Shown in pieces: positions 32,762 to 41,868 of a stretch of DNA of 64,000 bases. The stretch's first letter is position 1; each line of letters opens with the position of its first letter. Made by a program: the position numbers and the translations under genes. The notes beneath the pieces are model-generated. The model was not told where the DNA came from. It ran no database searches and was given only the letters and a program-made list of their open reading frames with translations. Origin of the DNA: a virus (lineage: Duplodnaviria; Caudoviricetes); the IMG/VR virus record IMGVR_UViG_3300023173_000014, positions 6,791 through 70,790 of that record; one strand, 5' to 3'.

Positions 32762-34410
32762 ACGTAGAGTTGAATAAAGCCACGCAAGGGATACGTGGCC
32801 TGAAACCAGCAGACGCTATTACAGAAGCCTTGCAGTCTGTGGTGACCGTTGATGATTACCTTAACCAGGTTAACTACGCGATCCCGCCTGATTACGTACC
32901 CAGTGATTTTGCTCTTGGTTTCGTTACGTTCATTAAATTGGTGAACGGTGAAGATGGTGAAGAGAATAAGACACCTATTGTTCACTACTACATGCTGGAT
33001 ACCCTTACCCATGGCGGTAAGCGTGTAATCAATCTCTGTCATCGGGGTATCGCAAAAACCACAGTAATGGGTGAATACCTGTTCCTGTACATCGCGGTGT
33101 ATGGCGGCCTACCCGGTATCGATATTGATCTGGCTTTGTACGTGTCCGACTCCATTGAGAATGGTGTAAAGAACATGAGGAAGAACCTGGAGTTCCGTTG
33201 GGAGAACTCCGACTTCCTCAAGATGTATTTACCTACCATCCGGTTTACCGATATTCGTTGGGAATTCAATAACATAGACGGTAAACGGTTCATCGTTAAG
33301 GGGTATGGTGCTAAGACCGGTGTGCGTGGTGCCAAGGAGATGGGTCGACGCCCACAACTTGCTGTACTGGATGACTTGATCAGCGATGAAGATGCACGTT
33401 CAGCCACAGTGATCGCGGCAGTCGAAGATACGGTATACAAAGCAGTGAACTACGCACTGCACCCGAAGAAGAACCTGATTATTTGGTCGGGTACACCCTT
33501 CAATGCAAAAGACCCTCTGTATAAAGCAGTTGAGTCTGGTGCATGGGAAGTCAACGTGTTCCCGGTCTGTGAGAAGTTCCCTTGTTCCCGTGAAGAGTTC
33601 CTGGGGAGCTGGCCTGACCGTTTCACTTACGATTATGTACTTGAGCAGTATGAGAATGCTGTGAAGCTCGGGAAGGTAGAAACCTTCAACCAAGAGTTGA
33701 TGCTCCGGATTATGTCCGAAGAGGATCGGGTGATCCTGGATAACGATCTCCGTTGGTACTCCATACGTCAACTGCTCCAGAACAGAGATAACTTTAACTT
33801 CTACATCACTACTGACTTTGCAACGAGTGCTAAAGAAGCCAGCGACTTCTCTGTAATCAGTGTCTGGGCATACAACAACAACGGGGACTGGTTCTGGGTC
33901 GACGGTGTTTGTAAACGTCAGCTCATGGATGCCAACATACGGGACCTCTTCCGTCTAGCCGCTAAGTGGCGACCTTTATCGGTAGGTATTGAAGTGAACG
34001 GTCAACAAGGCGGATTCATCCCGTGGATTCAAAACGAGATGATGCAGAGGAATGTTTACTTCGAGCTTGCCTCCAGTAACAACGAGAGTAATCCAGGACT
34101 TCGCCGCATCACTGATAAGATCACGGCCTTCTCTACGACTGTGCCTTGGTTTAAAGCAGGGAAAATGTTCTTCCCACTGGAAGCCAAGGAGACTGAGGCC
34201 ATACGCGAGGCGCTTGATGAACTCTCTTTGGTCTCTCGTTCTGGTTTCCGCAGTAAGCACGATGACTTCTGTGACACCATTTCTATGTTGAGCCAGTTAC
34301 GGCCGTTCGCACCTTCAGAAGAAGTTGACGTTGCGCAAGAGGACGACGGTATGTGGGGTATTGGTGAAAAAGAGGAAGAAACTTATGCGATCAACTCTTA
34401 TATTGTCTGA
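32758..34410 (+). CDS. terL: terminase large subunit
   Basis: HRGIAKTT, RPQLAVLDD, GTP, nuclease TDFA and HDDFCD. Confidence 0.95.
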   Translation: MNVELNKATQGIRGLKPADAITEALQSVVTVDDYLNQVNYAIPPDYVPSDFALGFVTFIKLVNGEDGEENKTPIVHYYMLDTLTHGGKRVINLCHRGIAKTTVMGEYLFLYIAVYGGLPGIDIDLALYVSDSIENGVKNMRKNLEFRWENSDFLKMYLPTIRFTDIRWEFNNIDGKRFIVKGYGAKTGVRGAKEMGRRPQLAVLDDLISDEDARSATVIAAVEDTVYKAVNYALHPKKNLIIWSGTPFNAKDPLYKAVESGAWEVNVFPVCEKFPCSREEFLGSWPDRFTYDYVLEQYENAVKLGKVETFNQELMLRIMSEEDRVILDNDLRWYSIRQLLQNRDNFNFYITTDFATSAKEASDFSVISVWAYNNNGDWFWVDGVCKRQLMDANIRDLFRLAAKWRPLSVGIEVNGQQGGFIPWIQNEMMQRNVYFELASSNNESNPGLRRITDKITAFSTTVPWFKAGKMFFPLEAKETEAIREALDELSLVSRSGFRSKHDDFCDTISMLSQLRPFAPSEEVDVAQEDDGMWGIGEKEEETYAINSYIV

Positions 34411-34419
34411 GGCCTTTCA

Positions 34420-35118
34420 ATGAAACTGTCTGATATTTTTAATCACCTTTCCTATGGTGAGTTTGCTCAACTACACATCGGTGAACGCGAGTCTAATGGT
34501 GAGTTGTGTCATACGAAACAACTGAAACTCCTGAGCCATATCAACGCTGCATTGGCAGAGTTGTACAGTCGTTTCACACTACGTCGCGGAAGTTTCCGTG
34601 TGACTCTTACTGACGATCGGACGTTGTATTACTTACGTCCCGAGCACGCACACTCGAACGCTCGCAGTCGTGCCGATAAGTACATCGAAGATCTCGAGAT
34701 GCCTCTGAAAGCGCCGGTTAAGAAGGTTCTAAGTGTATCCGCCAACGGTTCCGAACTTGATTTAAACGTGCCTACGGTATGTAGCGTACATACGCCTTCT
34801 TTCGACATCTTGAAGGTGCCGGAGGCACTTGGGGCAACTGAGTTGGAAGTAGAGTACCGTGCAACGCCTGAACTATTAGGTGAAGAAGTTCTGCACCAGG
34901 AACCTGAGTATGTGGATGTTGAGTTGCCTTACGTGTACATCAACGCGCTGGGATACTTCATTGCTTCGCGGGTACTGTCTGCTATGAATGGGGAATCGGC
35001 TTTGGCGGGTAATAGTTATCTGATGAAGTTTGAGAAAGCCTGTCTTGATCTGAAGGATCATGGGGAGGATTTGGATGAAGGGTCTGTAGAGGATATTCGT
35101 AAAAACGGATGGGTGTGA
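34420..35118 (+). CDS. virion structural / head-completion protein (N4 gp67-like)
   Basis: Synteny after terL; L.YGE...L...IN.AL.ELY.RF pattern. Confidence 0.75.
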   Translation: MKLSDIFNHLSYGEFAQLHIGERESNGELCHTKQLKLLSHINAALAELYSRFTLRRGSFRVTLTDDRTLYYLRPEHAHSNARSRADKYIEDLEMPLKAPVKKVLSVSANGSELDLNVPTVCSVHTPSFDILKVPEALGATELEVEYRATPELLGEEVLHQEPEYVDVELPYVYINALGYFIASRVLSAMNGESALAGNSYLMKFEKACLDLKDHGEDLDEGSVEDIRKNGWV

Positions 35119-35123
35119 TGAAC

Positions 35124-35143
35124 GAGGGGCAATTAAGCCCCTC
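35124..35143. terminator. bidirectional terminator
   Basis: GAGGGGC-AATTAA-GCCCCTC-TTTT between convergent genes. Confidence 0.85.
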
Positions 35144-35149
35144 TTTTGT

Positions 35150-35578
35150 TTACTGGCCTGTGTGACCGAAACCACCCTCTCCACGCTCAGTAGAAGGCAG
35201 CTCATCAGTCAAGGTAAGGTCTGGGGTACCTACTTTAACCAGTACCACCTGGATGATTCGGTCCCCTGCTTCCCATGATACAGGCGCACCATCACGTACA
35301 CGTAAGTTAGCAATCCATTCACCACGGTAATCTGAATCGATAACACCTACTGTGTTGTTTAACGAGATACCTTTCTTGGCGCCGGCACCGGAACGAGGCA
35401 ACAAGAACGCAGCGTAACCTTCGGGAACGGCAGCACTGAAACCAAGTGGTACAGCAACACCACGTTCAGCACCTGGAGTAAGGCTCCCCGCTTCTGGCAT
35501 GTAGATGTCATAACCTGCAGCTAACTCAGTAGAACGTACAGGAAGTTTGAAATTTGGGTGGATTGGTTTGATCAACAT
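35150..35578 (-). CDS. dut: trimeric dUTPase
   Basis: AGYD, PRSG, GVIDSDYRG, RIIQ, RGEGGFGHTG. Confidence 0.96.
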   Translation of the reverse strand: MLIKPIHPNFKLPVRSTELAAGYDIYMPEAGSLTPGAERGVAVPLGFSAAVPEGYAAFLLPRSGAGAKKGISLNNTVGVIDSDYRGEWIANLRVRDGAPVSWEAGDRIIQVVLVKVGTPDLTLTDELPSTERGEGGFGHTGQ

Positions 35579-35642
35579 TATCGGAAAATTCCTTAATTAG
35601 GTTGGATAAGATCGGCGCATTCGATTTATTGGAAAGCGCATT

Positions 35643-37793
35643 ATGAATGATTCTGAATATGAAGCAGGAGATTCTCCGTCACTCACTCAGTGGGGACAGG
35701 AACCTACCTTAAGGGAATTACAAAAAGACCTGACGCTTGCCGGGAAGTTACATAATGACCAAAGCACGCGTATTGAAGGTTGGTTGGATAACCTCCATGT
35801 GACAGGTAAAGCCAAAGTTAAAACAGACGGGAATCGTTCTTCGTTAGTCCCTCGCCTGATCCGTAAGCAAGCTGAATGGCGTTATGCCTCTTTGAGTGAG
35901 CCTTTCCTCAGTGATGACGACATTATCGAAGTCTCTCCTGTTACTTGGGAAGACGCTGAAAATGCTAAGCAAACTTCGTTATTACTTAACCACCAGTTCC
36001 GTACTGCACTAAACCGTGTTGGTTTTATCGATGAGTACGTACGTACGGGCGTCGACGAAGGCACTATTTTGGTCCGTACGGGCTGGGAGTATGAAGAAGA
36101 AGAGGTTGAGGTCACTGTCCCTGCTTATGACTTCCTTCCTGATCCAACAATGCAGCCAATCCTGGAACGTGCTGTTATGTTGGAACAAGCGAACCCTACC
36201 GAGTATCAAAATCTTGACCCTGGTTTACAACTGGCCGTCGAACACCTCAAAGAAACAGGGCAAGTGGTACGTCCTGTACAAACCGGTGAGGAAGAAGGCG
36301 TACAGATAACAACCACGAAAAACCAACCTACCGCTGAAATTTGGGCGTACGATGATGTTTTCATCGATCCTCTGTGTAAGGGGGATATTTCAAAAGCACG
36401 CTTTGTGATTTTCCGTTCTCATCCTTCTCGTTCTGATTTAGAGAAGGCCGGTAAGTACCACAACCTTGATCAACTTAACAACAATGCTGAAAGCATTTTA
36501 GGGGCCTCTGATGATAAAGTTTCAGAACACGTCGATAGCAATTTTGATGATGACGCCCGTAAGAAACTTACCCTTTATGAATACTGGGGATTTCGTGATA
36601 TTGACGGTTCTGGTGTTGTTAAGCCTATCGTAGCTTCTTGGGTAGGTGACACCATCATCCAGATGGAAGAGAACCCTTACCCAGACAAAGAAATTCCTTT
36701 GGTTGTTGTTCAGTACCTTCCTGTTCGTAAGCATATCTATGGGGAACCTGATGGTGCACTTCTGGAGGATAACCAGAAAGTGTTAGGTGCCACTATTCGG
36801 GGAATGATCGACATCATGGCACGTTCTGCTAACGGCCAGATGGGCGTGAAGAAAGGTGCTCTCGATACCATCAACCGACGTCGCTTCCGTGCAGGGGAAA
36901 ACTACGAGTACAACTCGGCCGGCGATCCTCGTAACAGTTTCCACATGCACACCTTCCCTGAAATCCCAGTATCCGCACAATTTATGATGCAGATGCAGAA
37001 CTCTGAGGCGGAATCTCTGACAGGGGTTAAGGCATATAACCAGGGTATCTCGGGTCAAGCTCTGGGAGAAGTAGCCGCCGGTGTACGTGGTGCGCTTGAC
37101 GCTGCCAGTAAACGTGAACTGGGTATCCTGCGCCGTATGGCAGAAGGTATCACAGCGATCATGCGTAAATGGTTGATGATGAGTGCTGAGTTCCTCAGTG
37201 ATGAGGAAGTCATCCGCATTACCAACTCTGACTTTGCAACGGTACGTAAAGACGACTTGGCCGGTAAGTTCGATCTGAAGCTGTCTATCTCCACAGCAGA
37301 AGAGGATGCAGCTAAAGCACAGGAACTGGCTTTTATGTTGCAGACTGTCGGACCAAATACTGATTTTAATGTCGTTAAGATCATCCTGATGGAGATTTGC
37401 CGTCTTCGTAAAATGCCTCATGTAGCCAAGCTGATTGAGGAGTTCCAGCCTCAAGCAGACCCTATTGAGCAAGAGAACAAACGTCTCGAAGGGATCAAGC
37501 TACGTGCAGAGATTGCAGAGATCCAGGCACGTACTCAAGAACACCTCTCCAACGCACGCCTTGATGATGCTAAAGCCCACAAAGAAGTGGCAAATGCTCG
37601 CAGCATTCAAAGCGATGCAGACCGTAAGGACTTGGACTTCCTTGAACAAGAATCCGGTGTACATCAGGAACGTGAACTAGAACGTTTAGGTGCTCAAGCT
37701 CAAGGCAACATTGAGTTAGAAAACCATAAATTCGCGTTGTCTGAACGTGCTAAATCATTGGAATCTTTAAGGAATTTCCGTAGCTCTCAATAA
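35643..37793 (+). CDS. portal protein (N4 gp59-like)
   Basis: 716 aa; P.LIRKQAEWRY.SLSEPFL, GE.DGALLEDNQK..GA..RGMID.M.RSANGQ. Confidence 0.93.
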   Translation: MNDSEYEAGDSPSLTQWGQEPTLRELQKDLTLAGKLHNDQSTRIEGWLDNLHVTGKAKVKTDGNRSSLVPRLIRKQAEWRYASLSEPFLSDDDIIEVSPVTWEDAENAKQTSLLLNHQFRTALNRVGFIDEYVRTGVDEGTILVRTGWEYEEEEVEVTVPAYDFLPDPTMQPILERAVMLEQANPTEYQNLDPGLQLAVEHLKETGQVVRPVQTGEEEGVQITTTKNQPTAEIWAYDDVFIDPLCKGDISKARFVIFRSHPSRSDLEKAGKYHNLDQLNNNAESILGASDDKVSEHVDSNFDDDARKKLTLYEYWGFRDIDGSGVVKPIVASWVGDTIIQMEENPYPDKEIPLVVVQYLPVRKHIYGEPDGALLEDNQKVLGATIRGMIDIMARSANGQMGVKKGALDTINRRRFRAGENYEYNSAGDPRNSFHMHTFPEIPVSAQFMMQMQNSEAESLTGVKAYNQGISGQALGEVAAGVRGALDAASKRELGILRRMAEGITAIMRKWLMMSAEFLSDEEVIRITNSDFATVRKDDLAGKFDLKLSISTAEEDAAKAQELAFMLQTVGPNTDFNVVKIILMEICRLRKMPHVAKLIEEFQPQADPIEQENKRLEGIKLRAEIAEIQARTQEHLSNARLDDAKAHKEVANARSIQSDADRKDLDFLEQESGVHQERELERLGAQAQGNIELENHKFALSERAKSLESLRNFRSSQ

Positions 37794-37883
37794 AAATTAG
37801 GAAAAAGTATTTTCCGCTGGTTTAAGGTCTCTGCCAATGAGGCCTTGCCCACCAGTTTATTAATTTTAAAGAGAGTGAAATCA

Positions 37884-38204
37884 ATGCAAGAAGAGATCGA
37901 AGTGGAAATCGCTGAAGTACGTCAAAAGATTGCCCTGGCAGGTGCTTTGGAACGTCTTCGCGCAAATCCAGATTATCAATTGCTGATCCAACAAGAGTAC
38001 CTGGAGAAACAACCTCAACGTATCGCCATGGCGCGTGGTAACCCGAACCTCTCGGAAGAGCAGCGTTCAATGGTCCTGCGTGACTTGGATGGTATTGGTT
38101 CGTTTGCTGGTTTCCTGAATACCGTCATTTTTGAAGGTTTCCATGCTGAAGAAGCATTGGCAGCACACCAAGAAGACCTGGTAGAGGAAGAAGCGAATGA
38201 CTGA
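37884..38204 (+). CDS. conserved late protein (N4 gp58-like)
   Basis: Start reassigned to MQEEIE; ALERL..NPD...LI..EY. Confidence 0.75.
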   Translation: MQEEIEVEIAEVRQKIALAGALERLRANPDYQLLIQQEYLEKQPQRIAMARGNPNLSEEQRSMVLRDLDGIGSFAGFLNTVIFEGFHAEEALAAHQEDLVEEEAND

Positions 38205-39309
38205 TTTTTCTCACCTCTCTGACGAGGAATTCCTCGCACTCTCTGACTCCGATTTTACAGAAGCCTCTGAAGTAGAGGCGGCTGAATCTACGGTACCTGA
38301 AGACACCTCAGATACGTCTGAAAGTGTTGACCAGGAACCTACAGAGACAGTCGACCAAGCCGAAGAGACTTCTGATGTTGATGAATCCGAAGTAACTGAT
38401 TCCACGGATACTGATGAACCTTCTCCTGAAACTGCAGAGCAGGATGAAGACACTCAGCAGGACTCTAAAGATGAAACTGTCGATTCTGAGAACGAAGGTA
38501 CTGTGGACTTCGAGTCTGAGTACAAGCGCCTACTTGCCCCTTTCAATGCCAACGGTACACAGATGCAAGTAAACACTGTCGATGAAGCGATCACCTTGAT
38601 GCAAAAAGGTGCGAACTACTCGAAGAAGATGCAGGCACTTAAACCAAGCCTCAAGACCCTCAAGTTGCTGGGGAATCACGACCTCCTGGAACCTGAGAAA
38701 GTATCTCTGATGATTGATGCTTCTAAAGGGAATAAAGAAGCACTCACTCAGTTAATTAAACAGAGCGGGATTGACCCTCTGGACCTGGACGTGAAAGCCG
38801 ACGATTCGTACTCCCCGACTCAATATTCCGTTGATGACCGTGAGATGGCATTCGACGAAGTAATGGAAGATCACAAAGATCTGCCGCACTTCCAAGAAGC
38901 CATGGCTGTAGTTGTCGATGAATGGGACGAGTCTTCCAAGAAGATTGTAGCAGACCAACCTCGGATTCTTGCGGATCTGCGGACGCACATGGAAGCCGGT
39001 ATTTACCAGAAGGTGAAGGCAGAAGTGACGCGGCGACGCTTACTTGGCGGCCTAGAAAACATGTCGGATCTCCAAGCGTACAAGCAGGTAGGCGAAGACT
39101 TGAATAATCAAGGCGCCTTCTCTGAAAAACCCCCTGCGGCAGCACCGGTACGGAAAGCGGTAAAAGCGCCTGCACAGAAAGGGGACGCTGGGTTACGACA
39201 ACGCAAGCGTGTAGCAGGTGCTCCTGCTCAACGGCGTTCTCAACCGGCTACACCTCAGCAAGATGTGCTGGGTATGTCGGATGAAGAATTCCTGGCTACT
39301 TTCGGTTAA
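38197..39309 (+). CDS. acidic scaffold-like protein (N4 gp57-like)
   Basis: Very acidic N-terminus; P.NANG..M.V.TV.EAI.LMQKGANY.KKMQ; upstream of the capsid gene. Confidence 0.8.
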   Translation: MTDFSHLSDEEFLALSDSDFTEASEVEAAESTVPEDTSDTSESVDQEPTETVDQAEETSDVDESEVTDSTDTDEPSPETAEQDEDTQQDSKDETVDSENEGTVDFESEYKRLLAPFNANGTQMQVNTVDEAITLMQKGANYSKKMQALKPSLKTLKLLGNHDLLEPEKVSLMIDASKGNKEALTQLIKQSGIDPLDLDVKADDSYSPTQYSVDDREMAFDEVMEDHKDLPHFQEAMAVVVDEWDESSKKIVADQPRILADLRTHMEAGIYQKVKAEVTRRRLLGGLENMSDLQAYKQVGEDLNNQGAFSEKPPAAAPVRKAVKAPAQKGDAGLRQRKRVAGAPAQRRSQPATPQQDVLGMSDEEFLATFG

Positions 39310-39328
39310 TTATTCGTTTTAAGGAGAG

Positions 39329-40516
39329 ATGCTTATGCCTTTAGAAGCTCCGCATCAGTATAAAGACCCTGCTGGAGGTGTACCGTCTACTATGGGCGGT
39401 CAGATGAACACCTTTAAGTGGGATAAAAAAGCCATCATCGAAGCCCGCAAAAAGCAGGTGTTCGGTCAACTTGGTTCCACTGTCGGTCTGCCTAAGCACA
39501 TGGGTAAGGCCATCAAGAAGTACGTCAAGATCCCTCTGCTGGATGACGCCAACATTAACGACCAGGGTATCGACGCTGCCGGTGCAGTGATCGCTAATGG
39601 TAACCTCTACGGCTCCTCTAAGGACGTGGGTACCATCCTGAGCAAGCTGCCGACTCTGACTGAGAACGGTGGTCGTGTGAACCGTGTTGGTTACACCCGT
39701 AAAGAAATCGAAGGCTCCATCGAGAAGATGGGTTTCTTCCACGAGATTACTCAGGAAGCAATGGACTTCGACTCTGAAGAATCTCTACACGAAGACATTC
39801 ACCGTGAAATGGTCAATGGTGCAATGGAGATGTACGAAGACAACCTTCAGATTGATCTGCTGACTGCGGCTGGTGTTGTGAAGTTTGCCGGTGCTGCATC
39901 TCAAGATTCAGAAATGGATGACACCTGTAAAGCCACTTACGGTGGTCTGCTGCGTCTGTCAATCGACCTGGATAACAACCGTACTCCGAAGCAAACCAAA
40001 GTCATTACTGGTACTCGTCTGATCGATACCGTAACTGTGGCCGGTGGTCGCATCATGTACGTTGGTTCCGAACTCGTACCCCTGCTGGATAGCCTGGTAG
40101 ATAACCACGGTCGTCCTGCGTTCATCCCTGTACACAAGTACGCGGCCGGTACCAACGTTCTGAACGGTGAAGTAGGTTCAGTGGGTTACTTCCGTATTGT
40201 CGTAGTACCTGAAATGGTGAAATGGGCTGGTGCTGGTGCAAGTGCTACTGACGATGCCATCCATTACCAGACTGACGACAAGTTCGACGTGTTCCCAATG
40301 CTGGTGGTTGGTGACGGTGCATTCTCTACTATTGGTTTCCAGACCTCTGGTAAAGACGTGAAGTGGAAGATCACCACTAAGCTGCCAGGTACTGCTACTG
40401 CAGACCGTAACGATCCGTACGGTGAAACTGGTTTCAGTTCTATCAAGTGGTACTACGGTACTCTGATTGAGCGTGACGAGCGTATCGCAGTCTACAAAAC
40501 CACTGCTGTGCAGTAA
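39329..40516 (+). CDS. major capsid protein (N4 gp56-like)
   Basis: LPKHMGK.IK.Y..IPLLDD.N.NDQGIDAAG, GNLYGSSKD.G.I..KLPTL.ENGGRVNRVG, DPYGETGF.SIKWYYG. Confidence 0.95.
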   Translation: MLMPLEAPHQYKDPAGGVPSTMGGQMNTFKWDKKAIIEARKKQVFGQLGSTVGLPKHMGKAIKKYVKIPLLDDANINDQGIDAAGAVIANGNLYGSSKDVGTILSKLPTLTENGGRVNRVGYTRKEIEGSIEKMGFFHEITQEAMDFDSEESLHEDIHREMVNGAMEMYEDNLQIDLLTAAGVVKFAGAASQDSEMDDTCKATYGGLLRLSIDLDNNRTPKQTKVITGTRLIDTVTVAGGRIMYVGSELVPLLDSLVDNHGRPAFIPVHKYAAGTNVLNGEVGSVGYFRIVVVPEMVKWAGAGASATDDAIHYQTDDKFDVFPMLVVGDGAFSTIGFQTSGKDVKWKITTKLPGTATADRNDPYGETGFSSIKWYYGTLIERDERIAVYKTTAVQ

Positions 40517-40524
40517 GTAAGACG

Positions 40525-40542
40525 GGGCAGGTAATCCTGCCC
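40525..40542 (+). terminator. terminator after the capsid gene
   Basis: GGGCAGG-TAAT-CCTGCCC-TTTCTT. Confidence 0.8.
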
Positions 40543-40576
40543 TTTCTTCTATTTCCGTTATTACTGGAGACATTCC

Positions 40577-41134
40577 ATGTCAGAGAAAAACGAACAAAAC
40601 CTGGATAACGCTGAAGCTGCTGCAGAAATGGAAGCACTGAAAGCGCAGGCAGATACCCTGGGTATCAAATACAAAAGCAACATCACTGCAAAGACTCTCT
40701 CAGAACGTATTGCAGAAGCAACTGCAGAAGATGAAGCTGAAGTCGAAGAAGCGCCTCTGGATGCGAACGCTATCCGCTTGCAGAAGAAGCAGGAACAGAC
40801 ACGTCTGCGTCGTGTACGTATCACCTGCATGAACCCTGCTAAACGTGAGCGTGAAGGTGATTTCATCAAATGTGGTAATGACTTGGTAGGTTCGCTTACC
40901 CGTTATGTCCCGTTCAATGTCGAATGGCACGTTCCTCAGATGATGCTCAACGTGATGCAGGCGAAAAAATTCCCTCAGTTTTACACAGTGAAACTGCCAC
41001 AAGGCGGTAATGTTCGTGAGCATCGCTTGGTCCCTGAGTATGCGATTGAGATCCTCCCGGAGTTGTCTGAAGCAGAACTCAAGGCGCTGGCACAACGTCA
41101 GGCGATGGCGGCCGGCACAGCAGCGGCTGAATAA
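40577..41134 (+). CDS. late protein (N4 gp55-like)
   Basis: LK..AD.LGI.Y..NI...L..RI, RVRITCMNP.K.E..G. Confidence 0.8.
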   Translation: MSEKNEQNLDNAEAAAEMEALKAQADTLGIKYKSNITAKTLSERIAEATAEDEAEVEEAPLDANAIRLQKKQEQTRLRRVRITCMNPAKREREGDFIKCGNDLVGSLTRYVPFNVEWHVPQMMLNVMQAKKFPQFYTVKLPQGGNVREHRLVPEYAIEILPELSEAELKALAQRQAMAAGTAAAE

Positions 41135-41145
41135 GGAGCTTCCAG

Positions 41146-41808
41146 ATGAGTACAAGCATCCTCCCAGAACAGATTACTGAAGGTAAAGACGGTGTAGGCG
41201 TCTTTGATGTTCTGATGCGTTCGGTGAATACCCACATTCAGGGTGAGTACTCATCTGGCCGTATTTCAGGTCCTGAATATTCGCAAGTGTATTTAGGAGT
41301 CGTTCAAACGGTCCTGCAACAAGCTATTCAGTTTGTCCTGGCGAAACCACGAGCTGAGCTGGAAAGCGATCTCTTGGCAGCACAGGTGGTCACTGAAGGT
41401 AAGAACCAGTCGTTACTGGATCAGCAAATTCTGAATGCTGGTGCGGAGTTCACGAAGATCCAATCTGAGAAATGTCTTCTTGATGCTCAGTACGACAGTG
41501 CAGTCCAACAAGCCTTGCGTATCGCAGCAGAGGCTGCCTTACTGGCTCAGAAGAAACTGACAGAACAGGCACAGATCAGTGCGACTTCTGTGGATGTGGA
41601 TTCTGTTATTGGACGTCAGAAGAGCCTGTATGAAGCCCAGACATCCGGTTACGCACGGGATGCTGAGCAGAAGGTAGCCAAGATTCTTGCTGATTCATTT
41701 GCGGTACAAATGTCGGCATCAGGCGTTACATCAGAAGGGTCAGGACTGGATGCACCTCATGTACTTCAGGCCGTGACTAAGATGCTGGATGGTATCAGCG
41801 CAGCTTAA
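41146..41808 (+). CDS. structural protein (N4 gp54-like)
   Basis: G.GVFD.LM.....H...EY..GRI.G..Y..VY pattern; synteny. Confidence 0.75.
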   Translation: MSTSILPEQITEGKDGVGVFDVLMRSVNTHIQGEYSSGRISGPEYSQVYLGVVQTVLQQAIQFVLAKPRAELESDLLAAQVVTEGKNQSLLDQQILNAGAEFTKIQSEKCLLDAQYDSAVQQALRIAAEAALLAQKKLTEQAQISATSVDVDSVIGRQKSLYEAQTSGYARDAEQKVAKILADSFAVQMSASGVTSEGSGLDAPHVLQAVTKMLDGISAA

Positions 41809-41832
41809 GTGACCTGCGGGACCGTTTGATCT

Positions 41833-41850
41833 AGGGGCTTTTAGGCCCCT
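41833..41850 (+). terminator. intrinsic terminator
   Basis: AGGGGC-TTTTAG-GCCCCT-TTTTT. Confidence 0.85.
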
Positions 41851-41868
41851 TTTTTATTGGAGTTATTT

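Noticed and set aside
36783-37472. 229-aa minus-strand ORF (and similar ORFs antisense to polymerase, capsid, primase and vRNAP)
   Set aside because: Shadow frames of well-supported core genes.
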